Source of the DNA: an uncultured Prevotellaceae bacterium
GTDB taxonomy: Bacteria; Bacteroidota; Bacteroidia; Bacteroidales; Bacteroidaceae
Assembly: GCA_902788605.1 (NCBI GenBank)
Contig: CADAKX010000004.1
Span: 23,848-87,847 of the forward strand
Reading direction: 5' to 3'
Length of the DNA stretch: 64,000 nucleotides
This document shows, in pieces, positions 37,091-44,876 of the stretch; the stretch's first letter is position 1, and the number at the start of each line of letters is the position of its first letter. The notes beneath the pieces are model-generated. The model had not been told where the DNA came from. It saw only the letters and a list, made by a program, of their open reading frames with translations, and did no database searches. The translations under genes and the position numbers were made by a program.

Positions 37091-38512
37091 ATGAAAACAT
37101 CTTTTAGAAAATATATACTGGCCGCAGTACTGTCAACAACTGCAGGAACCATGATGGCGCAAGACTTGAACTCTGCCTACTTTACTCAGGACTTCAAGTA
37201 TCGCCACGATATGAATGCCGCCTATGGCAATGATCAGGGCTATGTCGCTATACCTATCTTGGGTAACTTGAATGTGAAAATGCAGGGCTCATTGGGCGTG
37301 GGTGATGTGCTGTTTAAGAACCCTTATTATGGCAATCCCCAGTATCCTAATGCTAAAAAGACTGCAACCTTCCTGCACCCAGGTATCAGTGCCGATGAAG
37401 CTCTTAAGAACATTGAGAAGGACGGCAATGACCTGATCTTCGATATGGATATTCCTATTGTTTCTGTTGGCTTCAATAGCTTTGGTGGTTACAACACCAT
37501 TGAACTTAAAGAACGTACACATATGGGAATCACTTTGCCCTATTCATTCTTTGAGTTTGCCAAAACCATGGCAAACAAGGAATATTCTTTTGATGACCTT
37601 GGTGCACGTGGTTGGAGTTATGTCGAGCTGGCTTTCGGACACTCTCGTCAGATTATGGACAACCTGCGTGTTGGTGCAAAGGTGAAGCTCCTCTTTGGTG
37701 GAGCATACGCCGACTTCTCAATGGACGGTGTAAAGGCTAACATGGTGGGTGATAAGTGGATACTCAGTGGTAAGGCCAGAGGCGAACTGAATATGAAAGG
37801 TGGTAAATTCAAGACCGAAACAAAGGAATATAAGGGCAAGACCGGAACCTACGACCAGATTAATGGTGTTGACACCGATAATCTCGGACTTGGTGGCTTT
37901 GGCTTAGGCTTGGATTTGGGTGCTGTCTATGAGTTTAAGGACTTTGCTCTTGACTGGCTGGATGGTACGAAGGTAAGTCTTTCTTTAAACGACCTGGGTT
38001 TCATCAGCTGGAGCAATACCATGGTTGCAGAGTCTGCAGGTAAGGAATTCGAGTTCACTGGTTTCAACATGCGCTATACCGACGGAAGTTTCGATAACGG
38101 CGGTGATAAGATCAAAGACGATCTGGCTGATTTCGCACACTTGGTTGACAAGGGCGAAGAGTCTGGCAAGACCACAGCTCTGGCAGCTACTGTACGTCTG
38201 GGCGTAGAGTATCCTCTCCCTGTTTACGACAAGGTGACATTTGGTCTGTTGGGTACACACCGTTTTGATGGTATCTACAGTTGGACAGAGGGTCGCCTGA
38301 GTGCCAACTACACCCCGTTGAAATGGCTTGATGGCGGTATGAACTTGGCTGTTACATCCTATTGCACCACCATGGGTTGGGTGGTCAATGTTCACCCCAA
38401 GGGCTTCAATTTCTTCATGGGTATGGACCACATGATTGGCAAGACTGGAGCATCAAGTGTACCCCTCGATAGCAATGTCAGCTTCAACTTGGGTATGAAC
38501 GTGACCTTCTAA
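37091..38512 (+). CDS. Outer-membrane beta-barrel protein of unknown function (DUF5723/FadL-TraF-like, from memory)
   Basis: The track starts at TTG 37085; ATG 37091 gives MKTSFRKYILAAVLSTTAGTMMAQ. Alternating beta-strand pattern (GFGLGLDLGAVYEF, VSLSLNDLGFISW) and a terminal aromatic residue (...GMNVTF). Confidence 0.6.
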   Translation: MKTSFRKYILAAVLSTTAGTMMAQDLNSAYFTQDFKYRHDMNAAYGNDQGYVAIPILGNLNVKMQGSLGVGDVLFKNPYYGNPQYPNAKKTATFLHPGISADEALKNIEKDGNDLIFDMDIPIVSVGFNSFGGYNTIELKERTHMGITLPYSFFEFAKTMANKEYSFDDLGARGWSYVELAFGHSRQIMDNLRVGAKVKLLFGGAYADFSMDGVKANMVGDKWILSGKARGELNMKGGKFKTETKEYKGKTGTYDQINGVDTDNLGLGGFGLGLDLGAVYEFKDFALDWLDGTKVSLSLNDLGFISWSNTMVAESAGKEFEFTGFNMRYTDGSFDNGGDKIKDDLADFAHLVDKGEESGKTTALAATVRLGVEYPLPVYDKVTFGLLGTHRFDGIYSWTEGRLSANYTPLKWLDGGMNLAVTSYCTTMGWVVNVHPKGFNFFMGMDHMIGKTGASSVPLDSNVSFNLGMNVTF

Positions 38513-38533
38513 TAGGACAAAAATAACTAAGAG

Positions 38534-38572
38534 AAACCGGAAAAGTACTTTTTTTGCTTTTCCGGTTTTTTC
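38534..38572 (+). terminator. Rho-independent terminator after the barrel gene
   Basis: aaaccggaaaag (38534-38545) pairs with cttttccggttt (38557-38568), followed by a T-run. Confidence 0.8.
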
Positions 38573-38588
38573 TTTTCACTTTTTTTCG

Positions 38589-38596
38589 TACCTTTG
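38589..38596 (+). promoter_or_regulatory. -7 promoter box (TACCTTTG) for tRNA-Arg
   Basis: TAnnTTTG match 18 nt upstream of the tRNA 5' end. Confidence 0.55.
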
Positions 38597-38613
38597 CACC
38601 CATATTTGTTGAT

Positions 38614-38685
38614 GCCCTGATAGTTAAATGGATATAACAAGGCTCTCCTAAAGCTTAGTTCCGAGTTCGATTCTCGGTCGGGGTA
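38614..38685 (+). tRNA. tRNA-Arg (anticodon CCT)
   Basis: Hand-folded cloverleaf. Acceptor GCCCTGA/TCGGGGT with two G-U pairs, D arm GTTA-AATGGATA-TAAC, anticodon stem AGGCT/AGCTT with loop CTCCTAA. T arm CCGAG-TTCGATT-CTCGG. CCA encoded at 38686-38688. Confidence 0.8.
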
Positions 38686-38735
38686 CCATGAATAACAAAC
38701 TAAGAACCAATTAAGAACCAATTAAGAATTATAAC

Positions 38736-39677
38736 ATGAGGTACACAGAGTTAGGACGTACGGGGATGAAGATTTCCCACCTTAGCTTCGGCGCATCGTC
38801 GCTGGGTAGTGTTTTTCGCGAGACAAACGAAAAAGAGAGTTTTGAAGCCGTAGAGGCAGCCATTGAGGGTGGCATTAATTTCATCGACGTGAGTCCGTAC
38901 TATGGTCATTACAAGGCCGAGACAGTATTAGGTAGGGCCCTGCGTAACATCCCACGAGACAAGTATTATCTGAGCACCAAGGTTGGTCGCTATGGCAAGG
39001 ACGGTGTAAACACATGGGACTATTCTGCCAAGCGTGTCACAGATAGTGTCTATGAGAGTATGGAACGCCTGGGTATTGACTTTATTGACCTCATTAACGT
39101 GCATGATATCGAATTCCAGGCAGCCCTGCCTGGTGGCCTGCAGAAGGTAGTCGATGAGACTCTGCCTGCCCTCTTTGACCTGAAAGCAAAGGGCGTGGTA
39201 GGTCATGTGGGTATCACAGACCTGCAGTTGCAGAACCTGAAATGGGTAGTAGAACGCTGCGAGGGTGTTGAGAGCATCCTGAACTTCTGTCACTATACGT
39301 TGAATGACGATGCTCTGGCCGATTATATCGGTTTCTTCGAGCAGCATGGCGTGGGTATCATCAATGCCTCACCATTGAGCATGGGCCTGTTGTCAGAGCG
39401 CGGCGTACCTGCGTGGCATCCTGCTCCCAAACCATTAGTAGCGGTTTGTCAGAAGGCAGCAGAGCACTGCAAGGCAAAGGGCTATCCCATTGAGAAACTC
39501 GCTGTGCAGTATTCTGTGAGCTTCCCCCGTATTGCCTCAACACTGTTCTCGTCGGCCAACCCTGCTAATGTACGTCGTAACATCGAGTGGGCCAACGAAG
39601 AGCCCGATTGGGATTTGGTGAAGGAAGTCAAGGAGATTATTGGCGACCAGCAGCGTGTCACCTGGGCAAACTCGTAA
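38736..39677 (+). CDS. Aldo-keto reductase (aldose 1-dehydrogenase-like)
   Basis: 313 aa. N-terminal LGRTGMKISHLSFGASSLG and overall length fit the AKR family. Confidence 0.8.
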   Translation: MRYTELGRTGMKISHLSFGASSLGSVFRETNEKESFEAVEAAIEGGINFIDVSPYYGHYKAETVLGRALRNIPRDKYYLSTKVGRYGKDGVNTWDYSAKRVTDSVYESMERLGIDFIDLINVHDIEFQAALPGGLQKVVDETLPALFDLKAKGVVGHVGITDLQLQNLKWVVERCEGVESILNFCHYTLNDDALADYIGFFEQHGVGIINASPLSMGLLSERGVPAWHPAPKPLVAVCQKAAEHCKAKGYPIEKLAVQYSVSFPRIASTLFSSANPANVRRNIEWANEEPDWDLVKEVKEIIGDQQRVTWANS

Positions 39678-39710
39678 ATAAAGAAATAGATAATATAAGA
39701 GTATACGCTC

Positions 39711-40952
39711 ATGAAAAAGAATCAACTTGCCCTCGGCCTTATCTTCTGTCTGTTCTTCCTCTGGGCCATCAGCAGCAACCTGCTGCCTACGATGATTCGC
39801 CAGCTGATGAAGACCTGCGAACTGAACACCTTTGAAGCCTCTTTCACAGAGAGTGCCTATTGGTTGGCCTATTTTATCTGCCCCATCCCCATCGCCATGT
39901 TCATGAGGCGATTCAGTTATCGTGTGGGCATCGTCACAGGTCTGCTCATTGCTGCCTGTGGTGGACTACTGTTCTTCCCTGCAGCTCAGGTCAAGAGCTA
40001 TGGTGTCTACCTCTGCATCTTCTTTGTGATAGCTACGGGAATGTGCTTCCTGGAAACGGCTGCTAATCCCTATGTCACCGTGTTAGGCGACTCCCATACA
40101 GCTCCACGGCGTCTGAATCTGGCGCAGTCGTTCAATGGCCTGGGTGCCTTCATCTCAGCTATGTTTCTGAGTAAGCTGGTGCTGAGTGGCAATGATTTTA
40201 CGCGTGAGACGATTCCTGCCGACTATCCCGGTGGATGGGAAGGCTTTATCCAGACAGAGACAGATGCCATGAAGTTACCCTATCTCATTCTGGCGCTTGT
40301 GTTGATTGCCGTGGCAGTGATGCTCATCGTGGTGAAACTGCCAAAGGTTGGCGACGAGAGTGCCGACAAGAAAGGCAAGCTCATCGATTTCTCGACACTG
40401 AAGAAGCCACACCTGCTCTGGGGCGTTATTGCACAGTTCTTCTATAATGGTGGTCAGACTGCCATCAATAGCCTGTTCCTCGTTTACTGCTGCACTTATG
40501 CTGGCATCGACGAAGACACAGCCACCACGTTCTTTGGACTCTACATGCTGGCCTTCCTGTTGGGTCGTTGGGTAGGTACGCTCATCATGGCAAAGATCGA
40601 GCCTACCAAGATGCTGACGTTCTATGCCTTGGCTAATGTCGTGCTGTGTGTGGTCATTATGAGTTTCGGCGGTTACGTAGGTCTGTATGCCATGCTTGCC
40701 GTTTCATTCTTCATGAGTATCATTTATCCCACGCAGTTCTCGCTGGCTCTCCATGGCTTGGGCGAGCAGACGAAGTCAGGTTCAGCTTTCCTTGTGATGG
40801 CTATTGTTGGTAATGCCTGCGTGCCTCAGTTTACCGCTTATATCATGCACCAGAACGAGACCTTCTATCAGGTGGCCTACATCGTTCCCCTGGTATGTTT
40901 CGCTGTGTGTGCCTACTATGGATACAAATATAAATCACTATTAAAAGGTTAA
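39711..40952 (+). CDS. MFS sugar:H+ symporter of the FucP/GluP family
   Basis: 413 aa with 12 predicted TM helices. The N-terminal FFLWAISSNLLPTMIRQL resembles FucP-type permeases. Confidence 0.7.
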   Translation: MKKNQLALGLIFCLFFLWAISSNLLPTMIRQLMKTCELNTFEASFTESAYWLAYFICPIPIAMFMRRFSYRVGIVTGLLIAACGGLLFFPAAQVKSYGVYLCIFFVIATGMCFLETAANPYVTVLGDSHTAPRRLNLAQSFNGLGAFISAMFLSKLVLSGNDFTRETIPADYPGGWEGFIQTETDAMKLPYLILALVLIAVAVMLIVVKLPKVGDESADKKGKLIDFSTLKKPHLLWGVIAQFFYNGGQTAINSLFLVYCCTYAGIDEDTATTFFGLYMLAFLLGRWVGTLIMAKIEPTKMLTFYALANVVLCVVIMSFGGYVGLYAMLAVSFFMSIIYPTQFSLALHGLGEQTKSGSAFLVMAIVGNACVPQFTAYIMHQNETFYQVAYIVPLVCFAVCAYYGYKYKSLLKG

Positions 40953-40964
40953 TAAGTAAGGATA

Positions 40965-41984
40965 ATGAAAGCAATTCAGATTTCACATCAGCAAGAGTTG
41001 AATGTTATTGAAATGGAGAAGCCCCAGGCTCCTGCCCAGGGCGAAGTACTGCTGAAGCTCCACTATGTGGGTTTCTGTGGCTCTGACATCAACACCTTTA
41101 TGGGTCGCAACACCATGGCCTTGAATCCTGTGATTCCTGGTCATGAGGTGGGTGCCGTGATTGAGGCTGTTGGTGCTGGTGTGCCTGACAACCTGAAGCC
41201 GGGCATGGTGGTAACCTGCAACCCCTATACCAACTGTGGTAAGTGTGCCTCATGTCGTAATCGCCGTGTGAATGCCTGTCAGCACAACGAGACACTGGGT
41301 GTTCAGCGCAATGGCGCTATGATGGAGTATATCGTGTTGCCTTGGGAGAAGGTGATTCCCGCTGGCAATCTCACTCCAAAGGTCTGTGCGCTGGTAGAGC
41401 CTATGAGTGTAGGCTTCCATGCTGTTAGTCGTGCAGAGGTGACAGACATAGACGTCGTGATGGTCATTGGCTGTGGCATGGTGGGTATGGGTGCTATCGT
41501 ACGTTCTGCCCTGCGTGGTGCTACGGTGATTGCAGCTGATATTGACGATGAGAAGCTGGCTTTGGCCAAGAAGATGGGTGCCACCTATACTATCAACACC
41601 AAAAGCGAGGATGCTCACCAGCGTCTGCAGGAGATGACCGAGGGCTTCGGTCCTGATGTAGTCATCGAGGCCGTAGGCAGTGTGCCCACCTATCAGATGG
41701 CTATCAACGAGGTGGCCTTCACTGGTCGTGTGGCCTGCATTGGCTATGCCAAGAGCGAGGTGTCGCTGCAGACCAAGTACTTCGTTCAGAAGGAGCTCGA
41801 CATCCGTGGTTCACGTAATGCCTTGCCCTCTGATTTCCGTGCGGTGATCCACTATCTGGAAAACAATGAATGCCCCATCGACACACTCATCACTAAGGTG
41901 ATTAAGCCCGAGGAGGCACTCGACACCATGCGTTGGTGGAGTGAGAACCCTGGTAAGGTGTTCCGCATTCTGGTGGAGTTCTAA
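40965..41984 (+). CDS. Zinc-dependent medium-chain alcohol/polyol dehydrogenase
   Basis: 339 aa with the catalytic-zinc GHEVGAVIEAVG motif, a structural-zinc Cys cluster (CGKCASCRNRRVNAC) and the GCGMVG Rossmann motif. Confidence 0.85.
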   Translation: MKAIQISHQQELNVIEMEKPQAPAQGEVLLKLHYVGFCGSDINTFMGRNTMALNPVIPGHEVGAVIEAVGAGVPDNLKPGMVVTCNPYTNCGKCASCRNRRVNACQHNETLGVQRNGAMMEYIVLPWEKVIPAGNLTPKVCALVEPMSVGFHAVSRAEVTDIDVVMVIGCGMVGMGAIVRSALRGATVIAADIDDEKLALAKKMGATYTINTKSEDAHQRLQEMTEGFGPDVVIEAVGSVPTYQMAINEVAFTGRVACIGYAKSEVSLQTKYFVQKELDIRGSRNALPSDFRAVIHYLENNECPIDTLITKVIKPEEALDTMRWWSENPGKVFRILVEF

Positions 41985-42002
41985 GTCAATAGAGATAAAA
42001 GC

Positions 42003-42049
42003 GACAGCAGATCTGCCGTTTACAATAGTAAATCAGGAGATCTGCTGTC
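42003..42049. terminator. 12-bp perfect inverted repeat between convergent genes (possible bidirectional terminator)
   Basis: gacagcagatct (42003-42014) pairs with agatctgctgtc (42038-42049). The right arm overlaps the last codons of nrdG. No clear U-tract. Confidence 0.4.
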
Positions 42050-42512
42050 TACGCCAAAAACGATAGGTGATATCCTCGAATTCCCCATTGGCAGCGAGGC
42101 GATAGAGACGCTGATTCGTTGTGGGACTGTTCAAGGCTCCAAGATGACGGATATAAGGACCGATTTTGATGTAGTCAAAGTCGGTCTTTTTAATGTTGGC
42201 TGGTACACGCAGCCTTCCGCTATACCAAGCCACTTTGAACTGTGGGTAGGTCTCGTGGATATACTGTGCCAGCATGTTTACGCCTTTGGGATCGGCATCA
42301 CCGCCCATAAACGATATACAAGTGATGTCATTGCCGAAGCGCTCTACGAAATCATCGAGCGCTTCGGTATTGAGAGGTAGGCCAATGTCTTCCCAGAGAT
42401 ATTGACTGTGGCAACCAGGACAGCGACATGGACAGCCGCTGATATTGATGGCCAAGGTCACTTCGTCGGGTATCTCCTGAAAAACAATGCCTGTGTTTAC
42501 GTATTTCAGCAT
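42033..42512 (-). CDS. nrdG: Anaerobic ribonucleoside-triphosphate reductase activating protein (radical SAM)
   Basis: 159 aa with the CPCRCPGC (Cx3Cx2C) cluster, directly downstream of nrdD. Confidence 0.9.
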   Translation of the reverse strand: MLKYVNTGIVFQEIPDEVTLAINISGCPCRCPGCHSQYLWEDIGLPLNTEALDDFVERFGNDITCISFMGGDADPKGVNMLAQYIHETYPQFKVAWYSGRLRVPANIKKTDFDYIKIGPYIRHLGALNSPTTNQRLYRLAANGEFEDITYRFWRRQQIS

Positions 42513-42529
42513 GATTCTATTTCAATCTT

Positions 42530-44629
42530 TTACTTACCTGCGTGTGCATAGAAACGACGTGAAGCCTCTTCCTGACGGGCCTGCGAGAAGTTGCTGACGC
42601 GCTTCAGGTAACCAATGATACGTGTCATATAGTCCACGTTCTTAGAGTGGCACTTGGGGCACTCATGCAGATAACGTTTGTCGATATGTCCGCAGTCGTT
42701 ACAAACGGTATTTGGAATGTTAAATGTGAAGTAGTTACAACCCTCCTTGGCAGCCACCTTCAGCAACTGTAGGTACTGCTCCTTTGACAGGTGCTCATCC
42801 AAGTTCATGTGCAGGGCAGAGCCACCGGTGAGGTGCTCGATATAGGGAGCGCCATGCAGTTTGAACTTATCGATGACAGAGAGTGAGTCATCTTCCACTA
42901 CATAGAAATAGCTGTTGTAACAGTCGCGTGGTACGAAATAGCCATCCTCACGATCCCATTTTGCATGCTTCACACCTACATTCTCGGCAGGAATCATCTC
43001 GCAGTTGAACATCACCTCCTTAGAGCGGTACTTCTTGTTGTATTTCTCAATCAGTCCGAGGATGTCCTGTACGAAGTTCTTGTAGTCATCGTTAGGCGTG
43101 ATCTTCAAGCCCATGAACTCAGCAGCTTCCACCAATCCATTAATACCGATGGTCAGATATTGGCGTGAGATGTTGATATAGCCAGCGTCAAACAGTGGCA
43201 GCATGCCATGAGCCTGCAACTCCTTCAGGTTCTCGTTATAGGCAATCTGAACCTTGTGACACAGGTCAATGATCTCGCTCAGATACTCCAGATAGTCCAG
43301 CTTGTTGTTGACAGCGTACTGAATACAGCGGTTCAGGTTGATGGTGAGCACAGATTTAGAGCCTGTAGACACACCACCAGCACCCAGGGTATATGAGAAA
43401 CCGTTGTCGGTAATCTCGTTGCGCAGACGGCAGCAGCTTGACAGTGAGTCGGCATTGTCGCTCATATAGGTGAAGAACGAGTGTCCCTCAGCATACATCT
43501 CGGCTGTAAACTCGCCCCATTCCTTGTCCTTGCAGTCACCATTCTCGTCTACCAGCAGAGCCATAGTCTCAACAGGGAAGGTCAGCAGAGTCTTCGTACG
43601 CTCCTTATTAAACCACTTCATGAAGCGCTTCTGGAGCCACGACAAACCGTCCCAGTCAGGCTGTGAGCCATCGGGGAAATAGAACTCGCCGAAGATGCTC
43701 TGGAAGTAGTACTTATCATAGTAAGCGATGTTCCAGAACACAGCCTGATAGTTACGTGCGCCAGTGGGCTGGTTCAGCGTATAGACAATCTGCTCAAAGT
43801 AGTCGGTGATAATCTTGTCGATGGTACGCTTCTTCAGACTCAGGTCAGCCTGCTCGTCAGCACGCTTATAGTAGTCCAGTCCATATTCCTTACCCATGAA
43901 GTAGTTCATGTACATCAGGAACTCAGGTGTAGCGCAGGCACCGCTCAGCATGGAACTGACCATAAACACCATGTTGACGAAGCCACCGGCAAACGACTTC
44001 ATGTTTGTAGGTGCTGTAGAGTTGCCTCCAATAGCCAGTGTGCCGCCAATCAGCCAAGGATACATGGTGATAGAGGCGCAATAGTTGGCCAGCGAGGTCT
44101 CGTCGTTCTTATATATAAAGTGGTGTGTCAGCTTGTCGATATACTCGTCAGCCAGATGCTTGCCATACATCTTCTTGATACGGTCAGTCAGCAGACGACG
44201 GTTCAGTCGGATGAAGTTGGATTTGGGTAATTCACCAATCAATGTAGCAATGTTCTTGTGCTCCACATTTGCATTGGCGTCATATTTTGATCCAGTGGCT
44301 GCATTCACCGATTCCATATATTCCGAGAGGAACATCATCTTCTCGAGGGTCTCACGATCCTCGGTATGCTCCTGTCGATACAGAATGAAGGACTTCGCCA
44401 CCTTATAGAATCCCTCACGCATCAGAGCCACCTCTACCTGGTTCTGAATATCCTCCACCTTGATGTCGTCCTTAATATCTAAATGACTGATAATCTTGGA
44501 GATCGTACCAAGGTCGGCAGGTTCGTCAACACTCTCGAACGCCTTTGTGATGGCGTTCATGATTTTGTCAAGTGAGAAGCGGTCTTTTGAGCCATCTCGC
44601 TTCGTGATGGTAAAGTTCTTAATTTCCAT
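42530..44629 (-). CDS. nrdD: Anaerobic ribonucleoside-triphosphate reductase (class III)
   Basis: 699 aa with an N-terminal ATP-cone, a C-terminal zinc ribbon (CNDCGH...CPKCHS) and the glycyl-radical motif TRIIGYLKR. Confidence 0.95.
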   Translation of the reverse strand: MEIKNFTITKRDGSKDRFSLDKIMNAITKAFESVDEPADLGTISKIISHLDIKDDIKVEDIQNQVEVALMREGFYKVAKSFILYRQEHTEDRETLEKMMFLSEYMESVNAATGSKYDANANVEHKNIATLIGELPKSNFIRLNRRLLTDRIKKMYGKHLADEYIDKLTHHFIYKNDETSLANYCASITMYPWLIGGTLAIGGNSTAPTNMKSFAGGFVNMVFMVSSMLSGACATPEFLMYMNYFMGKEYGLDYYKRADEQADLSLKKRTIDKIITDYFEQIVYTLNQPTGARNYQAVFWNIAYYDKYYFQSIFGEFYFPDGSQPDWDGLSWLQKRFMKWFNKERTKTLLTFPVETMALLVDENGDCKDKEWGEFTAEMYAEGHSFFTYMSDNADSLSSCCRLRNEITDNGFSYTLGAGGVSTGSKSVLTINLNRCIQYAVNNKLDYLEYLSEIIDLCHKVQIAYNENLKELQAHGMLPLFDAGYINISRQYLTIGINGLVEAAEFMGLKITPNDDYKNFVQDILGLIEKYNKKYRSKEVMFNCEMIPAENVGVKHAKWDREDGYFVPRDCYNSYFYVVEDDSLSVIDKFKLHGAPYIEHLTGGSALHMNLDEHLSKEQYLQLLKVAAKEGCNYFTFNIPNTVCNDCGHIDKRYLHECPKCHSKNVDYMTRIIGYLKRVSNFSQARQEEASRRFYAHAGK

Positions 44630-44674
44630 TATTATGTTATCTTTTACTTGTTTTTGGGTTCCGTTTTGTTGCAG

Positions 44675-44740
44675 AAGTTATCCGTTTTGGACAACTTTTT
44701 TGTTTTTTGAATTTAAAAAGTTATCCAAAACGGATAACTT
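44675..44740 (-). promoter_or_regulatory. Two 23-bp dyad-symmetric elements in the nrdD leader (candidate operator pair or attenuator)
   Basis: aagttatcc-gtttt-ggacaactt (44675-44697) and aagttatcc-aaaac-ggataactt (44718-44740), centres 43 bp apart. Both lie between the -7 box (44751-44758) and the ATG (44629). Confidence 0.5.
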
Positions 44741-44750
44741 AATTCGTCTG

Positions 44751-44758
44751 CAAAGATA
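44751..44758 (-). promoter_or_regulatory. -7 promoter box (TATCTTTG on the minus strand) for nrdDG
   Basis: Plus-strand caaagata is the reverse complement of TAnnTTTG, about 120 nt upstream of the nrdD ATG. Confidence 0.5.
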
Positions 44759-44811
44759 AGAAATTTCCAGAATATAGCCATACTATTTCTGGAAAATTTT
44801 TGGGGTAAACA

Positions 44812-44848
44812 TAAAAAAATAAGGATGCACGCACGCGCGTACATCCTT
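44812..44848 (-). terminator. Rho-independent terminator after secDF
   Basis: On the minus strand, AAGGATGTAC pairs with GTGCATCCTT (one G-U) around a GC-rich loop, followed by ATTTTTTTAT. Confidence 0.75.
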
Positions 44849-44876
44849 ATTGATGTATCAGAGTGAAACTCTCAGC

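Noticed and set aside
38527-38721. 64-aa minus-strand ORF
   Set aside because: It overlaps the tRNA-Arg gene and the upstream terminator, so it is spurious.
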